A stretch of DNA of 64,000 bases. Origin: an uncultured virus (IMG/VR IMGVR_UViG_3300030202_002218). Its lineage: Duplodnaviria; Heunggongvirae; Uroviricota; Caudoviricetes. Positions within the stretch are counted from its first letter, which is position 1, and every line of letters starts with the position of its first letter. Where the stretch lies: the IMG/VR virus record IMGVR_UViG_3300030202_002218. One strand, 5' to 3'. The notes beneath the pieces are model-generated. The model saw nothing but the letters and a program-made list of their open reading frames with translations, searched no databases and was not told the origin of the DNA. Below are positions 29,447 through 38,838 of this stretch, in pieces. Made by a program: the position numbers and the translations under genes.

Positions 29447-30747
29447 TATCTCTCCATCAAGTCACCAATCTGTATTGCGTCGGACTGACCTATCGTTGTG
29501 TCAATGCGTGTAAGATATGGTGCGCGCAGTGTTTTCGTGTCATGGTCGTATGATAGTGCGTGGAATATACCGATGAGTCCTTCGTCTATGTCCATCATAC
29601 CCTGCGCATCATAGAGTCGTGCCAGTCGTTCGGGTATGTCGTCTGCTTTAACAAACGCATATCCTATTGGGAACGGGTCGAACCCATCAAGGGCGGCAAT
29701 CTTAATTCGTATTCCTTCGCCATCTCGGTATCCTCCGAGAATAATAAGCGGTAAGTCAAATGTTCTTCTTGGCACTATAAATCCTCCAACTGCTCCACTA
29801 TGGAAGTAAGGTCGTTCAGCATCAGTCAAGCGCAACACTTCACCTTCTTCTAATGACTGCACAATCGCACGCAAATGTGCGCGGTCTTCGACCTTCTTAG
29901 GTTCGTGCGCGCGCAAATTCCTATTCTCCTTCCATAGATTCGGGTTGTCATCTGTGTATAACCACTCAACGATGTTGTCTGCTTCGTCAATTTCGCACAC
30001 ACAATCGTGCGTGCCTTCGATATTGGGTGAGCGTGCGACGCGTTCCGCGGTTGATGAAAAACAATAGACGGCATCTCCCCTTCGGTGCGCGTAGTATCTC
30101 TTACCTCGCACAATGTCGTAGTGTGTGTGTTTGAATGGGAGCGACCACCTATTCCAACGAGAATAGTGCGGGGACTTGAATGGGTATGTGGGTTGGATGG
30201 TGTATTCGTGAGGTAGGGTTTCGTTTAGCGCACGCTGAATTACTTCACCTGCTGGCATGATAGAGCGCATTCGTTGAAGATGATTCGTGTCATACTTAGT
30301 AGTGGATGCTATCGCTTGCATGATTCGTCTAAACGCTAATGAGTTTCGACCAAACGCAAAACCCCAAAACAACATCGCACTCAATTGTGACATGGAGTTG
30401 AATAGAATGTCAGCATTCATTTCGCCTTGAACAATCATCTCTTTTATTTCGATGACTTGTCTTAGCGTAAGTGAGTTGGTAATTATGTGCGGGGATTCGG
30501 AAGCGAGCAGTGTAGGCATTTCGTGTTCATCCATCAACGATTCGTATTCTTCGGGGAACAAACCATAAGATTGCGCTAACATCTTTACTACATGGTGAGG
30601 CTTGATGGATGAGCGCGGATTAGCACAGCAAATCGTGATGATGTCATGCGCGCTATCAACATTCGTGGTGAAAAGATTGGCGAGCGTGTTTCCTTTACTC
30701 TCGTTTTGAGATGCAAAGACCGCACTCGCCAACTCTTCAAACTTCAT
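29446..30747 (-). CDS. ATP-dependent DNA ligase homologue, apparently catalytically degenerate
   Basis: MKFEELA N-terminal domain, R..AH..GD.V..FS, TFDLPLIILGGY and LRAP..TR OB domain; motif I Lys and motif V KxK are absent. Confidence 0.7.
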   Translation of the reverse strand: MKFEELASAVFASQNESKGNTLANLFTTNVDSAHDIITICCANPRSSIKPHHVVKMLAQSYGLFPEEYESLMDEHEMPTLLASESPHIITNSLTLRQVIEIKEMIVQGEMNADILFNSMSQLSAMLFWGFAFGRNSLAFRRIMQAIASTTKYDTNHLQRMRSIMPAGEVIQRALNETLPHEYTIQPTYPFKSPHYSRWNRWSLPFKHTHYDIVRGKRYYAHRRGDAVYCFSSTAERVARSPNIEGTHDCVCEIDEADNIVEWLYTDDNPNLWKENRNLRAHEPKKVEDRAHLRAIVQSLEEGEVLRLTDAERPYFHSGAVGGFIVPRRTFDLPLIILGGYRDGEGIRIKIAALDGFDPFPIGYAFVKADDIPERLARLYDAQGMMDIDEGLIGIFHALSYDHDTKTLRAPYLTRIDTTIGQSDAIQIGDLMER

Positions 30748-31391
30748 TCCTCTTCCTCGATACTCTTAGTGTTGAATATCAATCCGCGCAAATGAGGGGG
30801 GACAGTCTTCTCTTTCCAAACAGTCGGCATGATGACAACAGTGTTGTCTTCAAGGGCGCGCATGATAGTTCCTTCATCAGCCATGTCTATGATTTCGTGT
30901 CGCTCAAGAACTTGCATACCATCCCATGAGAAGAAGAGTTCATCCCCCGCAAGAAGATGATAGTCCATTGGACTTATCGCTACTTCATCCGTGTCACCTT
31001 CATCGTAGTGTCTAATAATCACACGCCACGATTCTTCTTCTTCTTCAAGCAACATCCACTCCGCGCTTTCTAAATCGAAATTGACAAGAGGGATACCTGT
31101 GTTGGGTGAAGTCCATTCTTCTGCGGCGGCTTGCGCGGCGGCTTGTGGGTCTTGAATTAGTTCTGCGTTGTCAGCAACCAAATCAATACCGATTAAATCA
31201 CACACCTTCTTGATTCGTTCAAGAGGTAATAGAGATGCGGGGCTTGCTTTGAGAACGGTGAGTATGTTATCTTCGTCTTTGCGCAACACAGCATCAGCGA
31301 CACCCCATGTGTCACCCATACTCATTTTCTCGTAGTGTTCACGCGTCCAGTTAATGTCTTCTTCTTGTGGTATCCAATCGTCTGCTATCAT
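30744..31391 (-). CDS. Acidic hypothetical protein
   Basis: 215 aa, coupled overlaps. Confidence 0.65.
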   Translation of the reverse strand: MIADDWIPQEEDINWTREHYEKMSMGDTWGVADAVLRKDEDNILTVLKASPASLLPLERIKKVCDLIGIDLVADNAELIQDPQAAAQAAAEEWTSPNTGIPLVNFDLESAEWMLLEEEEESWRVIIRHYDEGDTDEVAISPMDYHLLAGDELFFSWDGMQVLERHEIIDMADEGTIMRALEDNTVVIMPTVWKEKTVPPHLRGLIFNTKSIEEEE

Positions 31392-31696
31392 ACTTCATCA
31401 CCTTTGAACCAACGGAACCTTTTACAGCATCGCGCGGGGACAAGAATAACTTCTCGCTTGTGGGTGTGCAAAGCGATTTGATGTGGGTCTATTTGGTCAC
31501 CACAAGAACAGACAACAACATCACCAAGTAGGTGTGACACATAATCGAAACCCTCAATCATGTGTGATTCGCCATCATCAGTATCTATGATGATGCCTTT
31601 GAGATTCGCGTCCTCACCATTCGGTTTGATTAACCTCCCACAGTCCGTAAAATCGGACACGGCTATCTTGTAAGAAACGGACACATTCACCCCCAA
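31388..31696 (-). CDS. Cys-containing hypothetical protein
   Basis: About 100 aa, CSC...CC; start uncertain. Confidence 0.55.
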   Translation of the reverse strand: MGVNVSVSYKIAVSDFTDCGRLIKPNGEDANLKGIIIDTDDGESHMIEGFDYVSHLLGDVVVCSCGDQIDPHQIALHTHKREVILVPARCCKRFRWFKGDEV

Positions 31697-31710
31697 GCGG
31701 GATAAGGCTT

Positions 31711-31908
31711 TTATTCTTGCGCTATGAAAGCGGGTAGCATTTCGTATGTCACACCTGTAATATCACAGATAATCTCAATCTTGTGAAAGATACCGTAAGG
31801 CACAGTTCGATAGATGAGCATGTCAACGAATGCGTCGGGATGACCACCACATGGACAGTCTTTGTATGGTAAGATGATAACATCAAGTGGTTCTTGTGCT
31901 GGTATCAT
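31711..31908 (-). CDS. Hypothetical protein
   Basis: 65 aa in the minus-strand gene run. Confidence 0.5.
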   Translation of the reverse strand: MIPAQEPLDVIILPYKDCPCGGHPDAFVDMLIYRTVPYGIFHKIEIICDITGVTYEMLPAFIAQE

Positions 31909-32144
31909 CTTTCATCTCTCCCTAATACTTCTGCGCGCGTCATGTTCTTATCACCAAGAACCCAACGAAGCGCATTGCACACTCCTTGCAATCCTTTGTA
32001 ATCTCGCATCGGTTGTTCCTTCATGCGTGTGGGTATGTTCTTGTTGAGTATGGTCATTTTATGCTTATTCTTTTCTGCTTCCGCTTGTTCAAGCATCTGC
32101 TCAATTCCTTCCCATGTTTGATTGTAAGCAAAATCACGCGTCAT
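31905..32144 (-). CDS. Hypothetical protein
   Basis: 79 aa; ALRWVLG motif seen in small phage proteins; ATGA overlaps. Confidence 0.6.
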   Translation of the reverse strand: MTRDFAYNQTWEGIEQMLEQAEAEKNKHKMTILNKNIPTRMKEQPMRDYKGLQGVCNALRWVLGDKNMTRAEVLGRDER

Positions 32145-32464
32145 TGTTCATCACTCCATGCGAGGTGGCATATTTCATGTAGTTCGGGGAACCAATCATC
32201 AGCAACCTTCTCAACATTTTCCGGCCATTTCATATACCCGCGTCTTGAAATACGCTTATGTTCTTTCGCCATTTCTAACGCAATTAAGTTCAAAGCGATG
32301 AGTTTGTGTTTCGTCACCTTGTTGAAATGATACACACCACTTCGTGATTCAGCCCATGTGAGGTTTGCGAGCAAACACTTCGCACAGTAATCTGCACCGC
32401 GCTGAAAATCATGGTCTAAATATACATCTACTTTGTCTTCACAAGTAAAACATCTACCAATCAT
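32141..32464 (-). CDS. Zinc-finger-containing hypothetical protein
   Basis: CFTC...CAKC. Confidence 0.6.
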   Translation of the reverse strand: MIGRCFTCEDKVDVYLDHDFQRGADYCAKCLLANLTWAESRSGVYHFNKVTKHKLIALNLIALEMAKEHKRISRRGYMKWPENVEKVADDWFPELHEICHLAWSDEQ

Positions 32465-32781
32465 TCTTCTTCGCCCCCGTTAACATGTTGGTTGTGTTGG
32501 TTTGTGCCGATGATAGTGGCGTGGGTCATCATTTGGAATATATTGTATTCACTGTATGAGGTCAAGTGAGATAGTGAGCCTCTATACTCGCGTCTTTCCA
32601 ACTCTTCTTTTATTCTATTGAGTCGCATGACTTCAAATTTCAACCTGCGCAGTTGCTTATGTGCGAAGTTCTTGAGAACCTTATCGGTCACATCAGTTAT
32701 CGCACATTGCCTCCCACTTCTTAATGTGAGGTTGTATGTTTCAGCCGTAGGCATTTGGTTATCGTGTTGTTCTTCTATCAT
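32461..32781 (-). CDS. Hypothetical protein
   Basis: Probable start MIEEQH at 32781 after AGGTGG. Confidence 0.55.
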   Translation of the reverse strand: MIEEQHDNQMPTAETYNLTLRSGRQCAITDVTDKVLKNFAHKQLRRLKFEVMRLNRIKEELERREYRGSLSHLTSYSEYNIFQMMTHATIIGTNQHNQHVNGGEEE

Positions 32782-32908
32782 CTTTGACCACCTGCATAGT
32801 TCCTTTGCATTTCTCTCCGTCGATTGGGAGTCTGCATGTTCCCGCACTTCTCATTCTTTCGCTCCCGCATTTGCGGCATCTTCTTAATTTTCTTTTTCCG
32901 TATGTCAT
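32759..32908 (-). CDS. Basic zinc-finger microprotein (49 aa, not in the track)
   Basis: MTYGKRKLRRCRKCG...C...CKGTM; ATGA overlap with the helicase stop. Confidence 0.55.
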   Translation of the reverse strand: MTYGKRKLRRCRKCGSERMRSAGTCRLPIDGEKCKGTMQVVKDDRRTTR

Positions 32909-34905
32909 AGCAATACACCTTTTCCTGTTTTCAATTTCATCAACAATGCTTTACCGATTGCTTCACGCGTCTTTCCTGTTTCACCGTCAAGTATGCGGTC
33001 AACAAGGTCTGCCTTTTCAGCAACCACTTGGTCAAACATTGAATCTATTGTATCATTAGCCGACAAGACAACCTTGTGGCAAGTGGAATCTTCTTGTGTC
33101 ATACGGCGAACACGCGCCGCCGCTTGTTGTTCCCATGCTGGAACCCACTCTCGTTCAACGAAGAGTGTGGTGTTAGCGCGGTCGAGGTTGACACCTTCAC
33201 GCATGGCGTTGGTGGAACAGATAAGGAACTTCATCTCTCCTTCTTGGAATAATTCAATTATCTCTTGTCGGTCATCCGCTGATGTTTCGCCTGTGATTCT
33301 ATCAACATTAGCGTGATAGAATGCTTGAGTCATTCTCCCCGTTGGCTCTATGTAGTTGGAGAGTTTCTTGAATAGGGATTCAACAACATCTCTATGATGC
33401 GCAAAAATAACGAGCGGCTTGCCGGTGTTTTCAAAGTAAGTATTCGCCCACTTAACTGCCGCGTCCACCTTGAGGCGACCCGCAATGTGTCGGAGTTCAG
33501 TCATCATGTTGAGAGAAAAGCCCGCGTCTGTTGAACCAAAGTCAGCCTGTTGTTTGACCCATTCTTGCATCCATGAGTTGTATTCAACCTTGTATGCTTT
33601 CTGCGCTTCTTGTGGTAAATCAAGATTGATAATAGTTTCAACTAAGTCCGGCATCTCACCTGCGATTCGTGGGTCATCCATAGAACGACGCAACATGAAA
33701 TCACGCAAGATGTGGTTAAGTGGTGTTGTGATACCATCACGGCTTGTGTCTATGTTAGACGCGCCACTGAAATCCCAACCGAATGCATTCTTCTTAGCGT
33801 TGCAGTATTTCTTAGCGAAAGTGAAGTAGTTAGAGAAAGTTGCTGGCATCATCATATTCAACGATGTGAAGAACTCACTTGGTCTATTGGTGATTGGTGT
33901 TCCCGATAGCGCAATGATACCTTGAACACCTTGTGCTAATTTTAGCGCGGCTTTGGTTGATGCGGCTTTCGGGTTCTTGATACGGTGAACTTCGTCAAAG
34001 ATAATGCAATCGTATTCGTTTGCTTTGAGGTGGTCAAGACGCTTCTCCAATATGTCATAGTTGATGATATTAAAGCGCGTCTGCTCAATATCACCCTCCC
34101 ATCCGTTGATGATGAAAGATGATGTTTGCAACCATTTGGTTATCTCGTTAGCCCAATTGTGTTTGACAATCGCAGGGCATACAATTAAGACGCGTTCATA
34201 TTCAGCCAACTCAACACAAGCGAGTGCTTGAAGCGACTTACCAAGACCCATCTCATCAGCAATCAATACTCGTTGTCGCCCACCCGTCATGAACATGACA
34301 GGGGCGACGCGTTGGTAAGGTCGCATTGATGTGAACGGTTCCTTGTCGGGTAGTTCAATGACAGTATCAACCGCGCTTGACAGTTCCACTCGTTGTAATG
34401 TTGCGGCGTGTGCAGACTGAACATGAGGGTTTTCTTCAATGGCATCAGCAAGAGGGGCATAGTGAGGTCGAACAGCGTTAGCGACAGCCATCGCAGTAGC
34501 AATTGGTATCATCCAGTTCTTGTTCTTGTTCATCCACTTTGCGTTCCCAGCCGCCGCGTCTTTCATAGAAGCGTTGATGTCTTTCCAGTTTGGTTGAAAG
34601 TCCCACTCGATGATAAGTTTGTCCGGTGCGGAGTATGTAGCCGTAGCACTACCGACAGGCACGACAATAGCATCCGCATCGTATTCTAAACCATCCACGG
34701 TAATGTCGTGGTCTGCAAGGAAAGCGAGAGCCTTCTCAATCACATCTGCGCGGTCTTGAATAGTCCATAGACCCTTTGCACCATTCCATGTCATTTGAGG
34801 GAATGGTAGCGCAGTCTTCATGTCATCTTTCAAATTGAAGGGGACTTTAATGAGAGCGATGCGCGGCCCGTAGTTGTCTGTATATCGTTCAAATGTTATG
34901 TTCAT
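32905..34905 (-). CDS. SNF2-family (HARP/SMARCAL1-like) helicase
   Basis: ADEMGLGKS, DEVH, LSGTP..N, EGVNL and QAAARVRR; N-terminal HARP-like repeats (W....W). Confidence 0.92.
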   Translation of the reverse strand: MNITFERYTDNYGPRIALIKVPFNLKDDMKTALPFPQMTWNGAKGLWTIQDRADVIEKALAFLADHDITVDGLEYDADAIVVPVGSATATYSAPDKLIIEWDFQPNWKDINASMKDAAAGNAKWMNKNKNWMIPIATAMAVANAVRPHYAPLADAIEENPHVQSAHAATLQRVELSSAVDTVIELPDKEPFTSMRPYQRVAPVMFMTGGRQRVLIADEMGLGKSLQALACVELAEYERVLIVCPAIVKHNWANEITKWLQTSSFIINGWEGDIEQTRFNIINYDILEKRLDHLKANEYDCIIFDEVHRIKNPKAASTKAALKLAQGVQGIIALSGTPITNRPSEFFTSLNMMMPATFSNYFTFAKKYCNAKKNAFGWDFSGASNIDTSRDGITTPLNHILRDFMLRRSMDDPRIAGEMPDLVETIINLDLPQEAQKAYKVEYNSWMQEWVKQQADFGSTDAGFSLNMMTELRHIAGRLKVDAAVKWANTYFENTGKPLVIFAHHRDVVESLFKKLSNYIEPTGRMTQAFYHANVDRITGETSADDRQEIIELFQEGEMKFLICSTNAMREGVNLDRANTTLFVEREWVPAWEQQAAARVRRMTQEDSTCHKVVLSANDTIDSMFDQVVAEKADLVDRILDGETGKTREAIGKALLMKLKTGKGVLL

Positions 34906-35048
34906 TGTTCATCACCTTCGTAGTCTTTGATAGCACCACACTTGATGCATTCATACCAAACATCTGTGAATTGTTGCGCGTCTATTCCATACCCACACCA
35001 TTCACCATGAGAAACTTGTATTTTCCAATCGCATTCGCATTCAGTCAT
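34902..35048 (-). CDS. Cys-containing microprotein (48 aa, not in the track)
   Basis: MTECECDW...ECIKCG; fills the gap with ATGA overlaps. Confidence 0.55.
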   Translation of the reverse strand: MTECECDWKIQVSHGEWCGYGIDAQQFTDVWYECIKCGAIKDYEGDEQ

Positions 35049-35398
35049 TCTTCTTCACTCTCCTTTTCTGCTTGGCGCGCTTGCCACCAAGCATCACCTT
35101 CGACAGCAATTTTGTGTAGTGCATCTTTGACCAACTTATGATTACCGAAGTCGAGTGGTGGTAGTTGTCCTCCAATGATACCTCCGTGTTTAGCAATCAA
35201 AGCCAATACTCTTTCTCCGCTTACCCAACCTTCGTTCTTTTCAACCTTGTTGTAGTGTTCGGGGTCGTTTGGTTTGTCAATCATTATCTCAACCATACCG
35301 TAGGCAAAAGCCGCGTCGCTTCTTGGTGAGCAATAGTGTGTGCTTGATGCTTGAACAGAAATGATTGTTCCGTCAGCGCATAGTATAGGAGTCCTCAT
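35045..35398 (-). CDS. Conserved phage hypothetical protein
   Basis: DG..ISVQAS..HYC.PR motif found in small phage proteins. Confidence 0.65.
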   Translation of the reverse strand: MRTPILCADGTIISVQASSTHYCSPRSDAAFAYGMVEIMIDKPNDPEHYNKVEKNEGWVSGERVLALIAKHGGIIGGQLPPLDFGNHKLVKDALHKIAVEGDAWWQARQAEKESEEE

Positions 35399-35745
35399 TC
35401 TTCTTCCCCTCCAATGAAATTCTTGACAGGTATTATAGTCGGCGCGCCGACCTTACCCAAAGCGAAATCTGTAATGTGGCCGTCAAAGCCATCACTTAGT
35501 ATCTCAAGGTCAACTTGCAGACTTGCGCGAACGAGAATGCCACTTTCGGCATCTCTTAGCACCATACTGCGAGCAATCAACCCATCTATGTCAAGCGCAT
35601 CAACAACCCATCGACGGTCTTTGAAGTTCGTTTGGAACTCCGCCACCTTCTTTAGTTTGTCAGCGCGCAAAGTCATTCTTTGTGCTTCTGCCATCATTCG
35701 TTCTTGTTTCAGTTTCAGTTTTTCTATTGCTTTTTCTGCATTCAT
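35395..35745 (-). CDS. Hypothetical protein
   Basis: 116 aa, N-terminal coiled coil. Confidence 0.6.
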   Translation of the reverse strand: MNAEKAIEKLKLKQERMMAEAQRMTLRADKLKKVAEFQTNFKDRRWVVDALDIDGLIARSMVLRDAESGILVRASLQVDLEILSDGFDGHITDFALGKVGAPTIIPVKNFIGGEEE

Positions 35746-36242
35746 TCTTGTTCCCCTCCATACAGGGCTGGTTCGTGGTCACCCCACGATAGGTGTTTTC
35801 TTGTGCGTTCATAGTAAGCGCGGTTCGATTCTATTGAATCTTGCGAGAGTATGACAGCAGACTTCTCATCAACATAAAAGTTTCCGAAGAGAGTTCTTTG
35901 TCCATGTGGAATAATACCATCAATGCGAGAAGCCACTTTGTTCATTTTCTCCATAATTTCTTTGTATCCTTTGATTTCAAAATTCTCACCTTCGCCCCAC
36001 TTGATTGTAGCGGCGCGTGTGTATCTCATCATCCACCGAGCGTTGTCTGCTGATATGATAGCGAATCTAACAAGCGGGTGATTGTCGAGTGGTTCAAAGT
36101 CAATGTCTTCGATTTGTCCTCCGTGATGTTTGAATGCTGAAACTATGATGCGCGCACCTTCAAAAGCGGCACTCTCACAGTCAAGCCAACAAAGACGGTT
36201 AGCGGATTGAACAGGGTTTGCGTCAAGCACAAAGAAACTCAT
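35742..36242 (-). CDS. Divergent paralog of the pyrimidine-dimer glycosylase-like protein
   Basis: FVLDANP, HP, N..W and R.YY shared with 36675-37187, but the DKH..KM block is missing. Confidence 0.6.
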   Translation of the reverse strand: MSFFVLDANPVQSANRLCWLDCESAAFEGARIIVSAFKHHGGQIEDIDFEPLDNHPLVRFAIISADNARWMMRYTRAATIKWGEGENFEIKGYKEIMEKMNKVASRIDGIIPHGQRTLFGNFYVDEKSAVILSQDSIESNRAYYERTRKHLSWGDHEPALYGGEQE

Positions 36243-36523
36243 TCAACTCGCCTCCATAGATTGTATGATTTGCTTTGCTTTTTTGGTATCATTTGCCATC
36301 GCTTATCTCTTCGCATCTTCAAGCCTAATGATACAGTGGTTGCAGGTATCCAACCATCGGGAACATGACCTAACTTCGTTGGTATCGGTGTGTGCCTCAT
36401 ACGATGAAGTAGCGTTTGGGTCGTCAATTCTTCACCAACTTCTGTCACCATAGCAAGATAGTTGAGAGTGCGCGCTGTTCTCTTTTGATTTCTCGATTGA
36501 TATTTCTTACCTTGCGCGTTCAT
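36239..36523 (-). CDS. Basic hypothetical protein (possible wHTH)
   Basis: 94 aa, coupled overlaps. Confidence 0.55.
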   Translation of the reverse strand: MNAQGKKYQSRNQKRTARTLNYLAMVTEVGEELTTQTLLHRMRHTPIPTKLGHVPDGWIPATTVSLGLKMRRDKRWQMIPKKQSKSYNLWRRVE

Positions 36524-36672
36524 TCAATCACACCCATCAGTCGCGCGACTTGGTTCAAATATCCAGCACCGCTTGTGTTAGCGCGGTCACTGAATGCTTC
36601 TTCAAGCAACTCCATCAGTTGTTCATGTTTCATTCTTAATTTTGCTTCGCTTATGTTTGTTTGTCGGGTCAT
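36520..36672 (-). CDS. Small hypothetical protein
   Basis: Probable start MTRQTN after GGAGG. Confidence 0.5.
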   Translation of the reverse strand: MTRQTNISEAKLRMKHEQLMELLEEAFSDRANTSGAGYLNQVARLMGVIE

Positions 36673-36674
36673 AT

Positions 36675-37187
36675 TTATTCCTCCATTGTTTCCCACCATT
36701 GAGGCGCGGGAGTTCCTTTGTTCCATGATGCAAACCTGCGTTTGTCATTGGAGTAGTAATTGCGGTAAGCGGAAACTGCATCTCCGCGCACCTTGAAATC
36801 ATCGGGCATTGCTTGAGCAAACTCGGTGAGGATACCAACAGGTATCATGTGAAAGTATTGTTCCATGTGCTGAATAGCAGAACTACACGCATGGATTTTA
36901 CCAAAGCGCATAGTGTATTCAGCGGAAAGTGTTCTGCCATGTTCCGCGAGCCACAAGTAATTCATCTGTGTGTCACCACACCATACAGTGCAAGGGTGAT
37001 GCTGATAGCCCCCTTTGTATGGGCGGCCTGTGGTCTTCGCTAAGGGCATAATGTCATCAGTAGCACCATGTCGTCGTAGCGCGCTTGCCATCATCTGCGC
37101 AGTTTCCACCACCATCTTCGGTATGTGTTTGTCGCACATCATTCGTGCGGCTTCAATAGGATTCGCGTCTAACACAAATATGTTCAT
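36675..37187 (-). CDS. Pyrimidine dimer DNA glycosylase / endonuclease V-like family protein
   Basis: MNIFVLD, DKH..KM..E.AQ, HPCT.W, NY.WL, EY..RFGK.H, QAMP and AYR.YY signature. Confidence 0.85.
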   Translation of the reverse strand: MNIFVLDANPIEAARMMCDKHIPKMVVETAQMMASALRRHGATDDIMPLAKTTGRPYKGGYQHHPCTVWCGDTQMNYLWLAEHGRTLSAEYTMRFGKIHACSSAIQHMEQYFHMIPVGILTEFAQAMPDDFKVRGDAVSAYRNYYSNDKRRFASWNKGTPAPQWWETMEE

Positions 37188-37492
37188 TCTTCATCGCCTC
37201 CACATACATATTCGGTGTAGTCCATCATCGTTGAGTCATTACCAAAGAATGCACCATTGACCCAATCGTATGCTCTTTTGAGTTGTTCACGCAACCGCTT
37301 GACTTCTGCAAGGAGAAGTGGAGCGTCTGCGATGAGTCGCGCGTCGGCGTATTCTTGCTGACTACCATCACCGCTTTGCTTCGTCGTGTAGTGAACAGTA
37401 GGGATTTCAAACCATTGTTGGCCTTCATCATCTTCCAAATGCTCAAGTGTCCACGGCCCGCTGTGTCCTTCGTATTCGTCTGTGTCATTCAT
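37184..37492 (-). CDS. Phage hypothetical protein
   Basis: HSGPW...DARLIADAPLLLAEVKRLR motif common in phage early genes. Confidence 0.65.
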   Translation of the reverse strand: MNDTDEYEGHSGPWTLEHLEDDEGQQWFEIPTVHYTTKQSGDGSQQEYADARLIADAPLLLAEVKRLREQLKRAYDWVNGAFFGNDSTMMDYTEYVCGGDEE

Positions 37493-37731
37493 TCAATCAT
37501 CTCCTTCAATTCTTCCCACACTTCATCGGGTATGCTGTCTACAATGAAGCGTAGCCGCTTGATTTCTGCAACCAATTCGTTCATGTCCTCAAAGGCATCA
37601 TAGATTCGTTGAGGGTCATAGGAAACACCATCTTCTTGACACGCTAATACTTCATACAAGTTTTGTTCACACTTGGTTAGCGGAACACCATCACCTGTGT
37701 CTATCAATTTCAATCTATCTTCATCAATCAT
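37489..37731 (-). CDS. Hypothetical protein
   Basis: 80 aa; LVAEIKRLR resembles the neighbouring gene. Confidence 0.6.
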   Translation of the reverse strand: MIDEDRLKLIDTGDGVPLTKCEQNLYEVLACQEDGVSYDPQRIYDAFEDMNELVAEIKRLRFIVDSIPDEVWEELKEMIE

Positions 37732-38174
37732 TCTTCTTCAACTCCTATTTCATTCTTCATTGCTTCTGCGCCTCTTCTCATTAGCGCGTCTTGATTTTGT
37801 TTCAACATCTTGAGCATCATTTGTTCCGCTTCGGCTGTGTAGTGTGGATTTTGATACACCATGACAGCACCCCACTCAATGTCTTCGGGTGGTATAGATT
37901 CGCTTGATGTAAAGGATGCACCTTCTTCATCAATACCAAGTATCTTTGTCATCATAGGTGAATGGTCTGTGCCTAAGCGCATTCGCTTGTCGCCTTGAGG
38001 TCTGTTGAATGGTAGCGTGATTATTTCTTTACAACCCATCCGTGTGAAACATATCCAGCGCGCGGCAGAATCTTCATTGGTTGAGCAATAGACTTCACCA
38101 AACCTTGCTTGGATTCCGTGTTGCATGATTGAAGTTAAGTTGTCTTTTGGTGTAGCGTGGTAGTATCTTGTCAT
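37728..38174 (-). CDS. ADP-ribosyltransferase-fold (Tpt1/DarT-like) protein
   Basis: YYHAT...L.SI...GI, VYCS and C-terminal IPPEDI. Confidence 0.6.
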   Translation of the reverse strand: MTRYYHATPKDNLTSIMQHGIQARFGEVYCSTNEDSAARWICFTRMGCKEIITLPFNRPQGDKRMRLGTDHSPMMTKILGIDEEGASFTSSESIPPEDIEWGAVMVYQNPHYTAEAEQMMLKMLKQNQDALMRRGAEAMKNEIGVEEE

Positions 38175-38521
38175 TGTTTCACTTCCTTCATTATACTGTT
38201 CATTAAGTCGCGCAAATCCATCTTCTCATCTGTGTCTTCACCATTATCAATAGGATGGTCACCCGCACCGCACCACATAGCAAGTGAGTTCCATGCAAGT
38301 GCTTCATCGCTGAACATTCTCAATCTATCAACTGATTCATCAACGCTGTATGGTTCGCGTGGATATACAATCTCACCATTCGGTTCTTCGTATGCACCAC
38401 TATCTCCCCACAATAACTCCGACACTTCTGCTACGAAGCCGTCAAAGGTTTCGTGTTCTTCAAACTCAATCATATCAATGATTCTTATACCATGTTTATC
38501 ATCTGTGATTTTGCGCGTCAC
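38171..38521 (-). CDS. Acidic hypothetical protein
   Basis: 116 aa, coupled overlaps. Confidence 0.6.
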   Translation of the reverse strand: MTRKITDDKHGIRIIDMIEFEEHETFDGFVAEVSELLWGDSGAYEEPNGEIVYPREPYSVDESVDRLRMFSDEALAWNSLAMWCGAGDHPIDNGEDTDEKMDLRDLMNSIMKEVKQ

Positions 38522-38838
38522 TCAAATTCCCCCGTTGCTGGATTGAAAGTTTTCTTCTCAACAAGTTGATTCAGTATAGTGATAGGGCAGTTCCACCCTT
38601 GTCCGTCGTCGGTGACTACACTTGCTTTTGTTCTGCGCAATTCTGTAATCGTTCCTTCGGTGTATCCATGCTTACCATCATACCAAACTCTCATGCCAAC
38701 TTTGAGTGTTCTCTTCTTGTCAGCAGTGTCTTGTTTTCTTTTCCATTTGACTTCGTGAACAACCGCGTTGTTCAATTCAATCAGTTCTTCTCTCGTCATC
38801 GTGCGCAAGTGCGCGTATATTTCTTCTGTTTTCATCAT
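38518..38838 (-). CDS. Hypothetical protein with SH3/KOW-like C-terminus
   Basis: LKVGMRV...G.I......A.V...W pattern. Confidence 0.6.
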   Translation of the reverse strand: MMKTEEIYAHLRTMTREELIELNNAVVHEVKWKRKQDTADKKRTLKVGMRVWYDGKHGYTEGTITELRRTKASVVTDDGQGWNCPITILNQLVEKKTFNPATGEFE

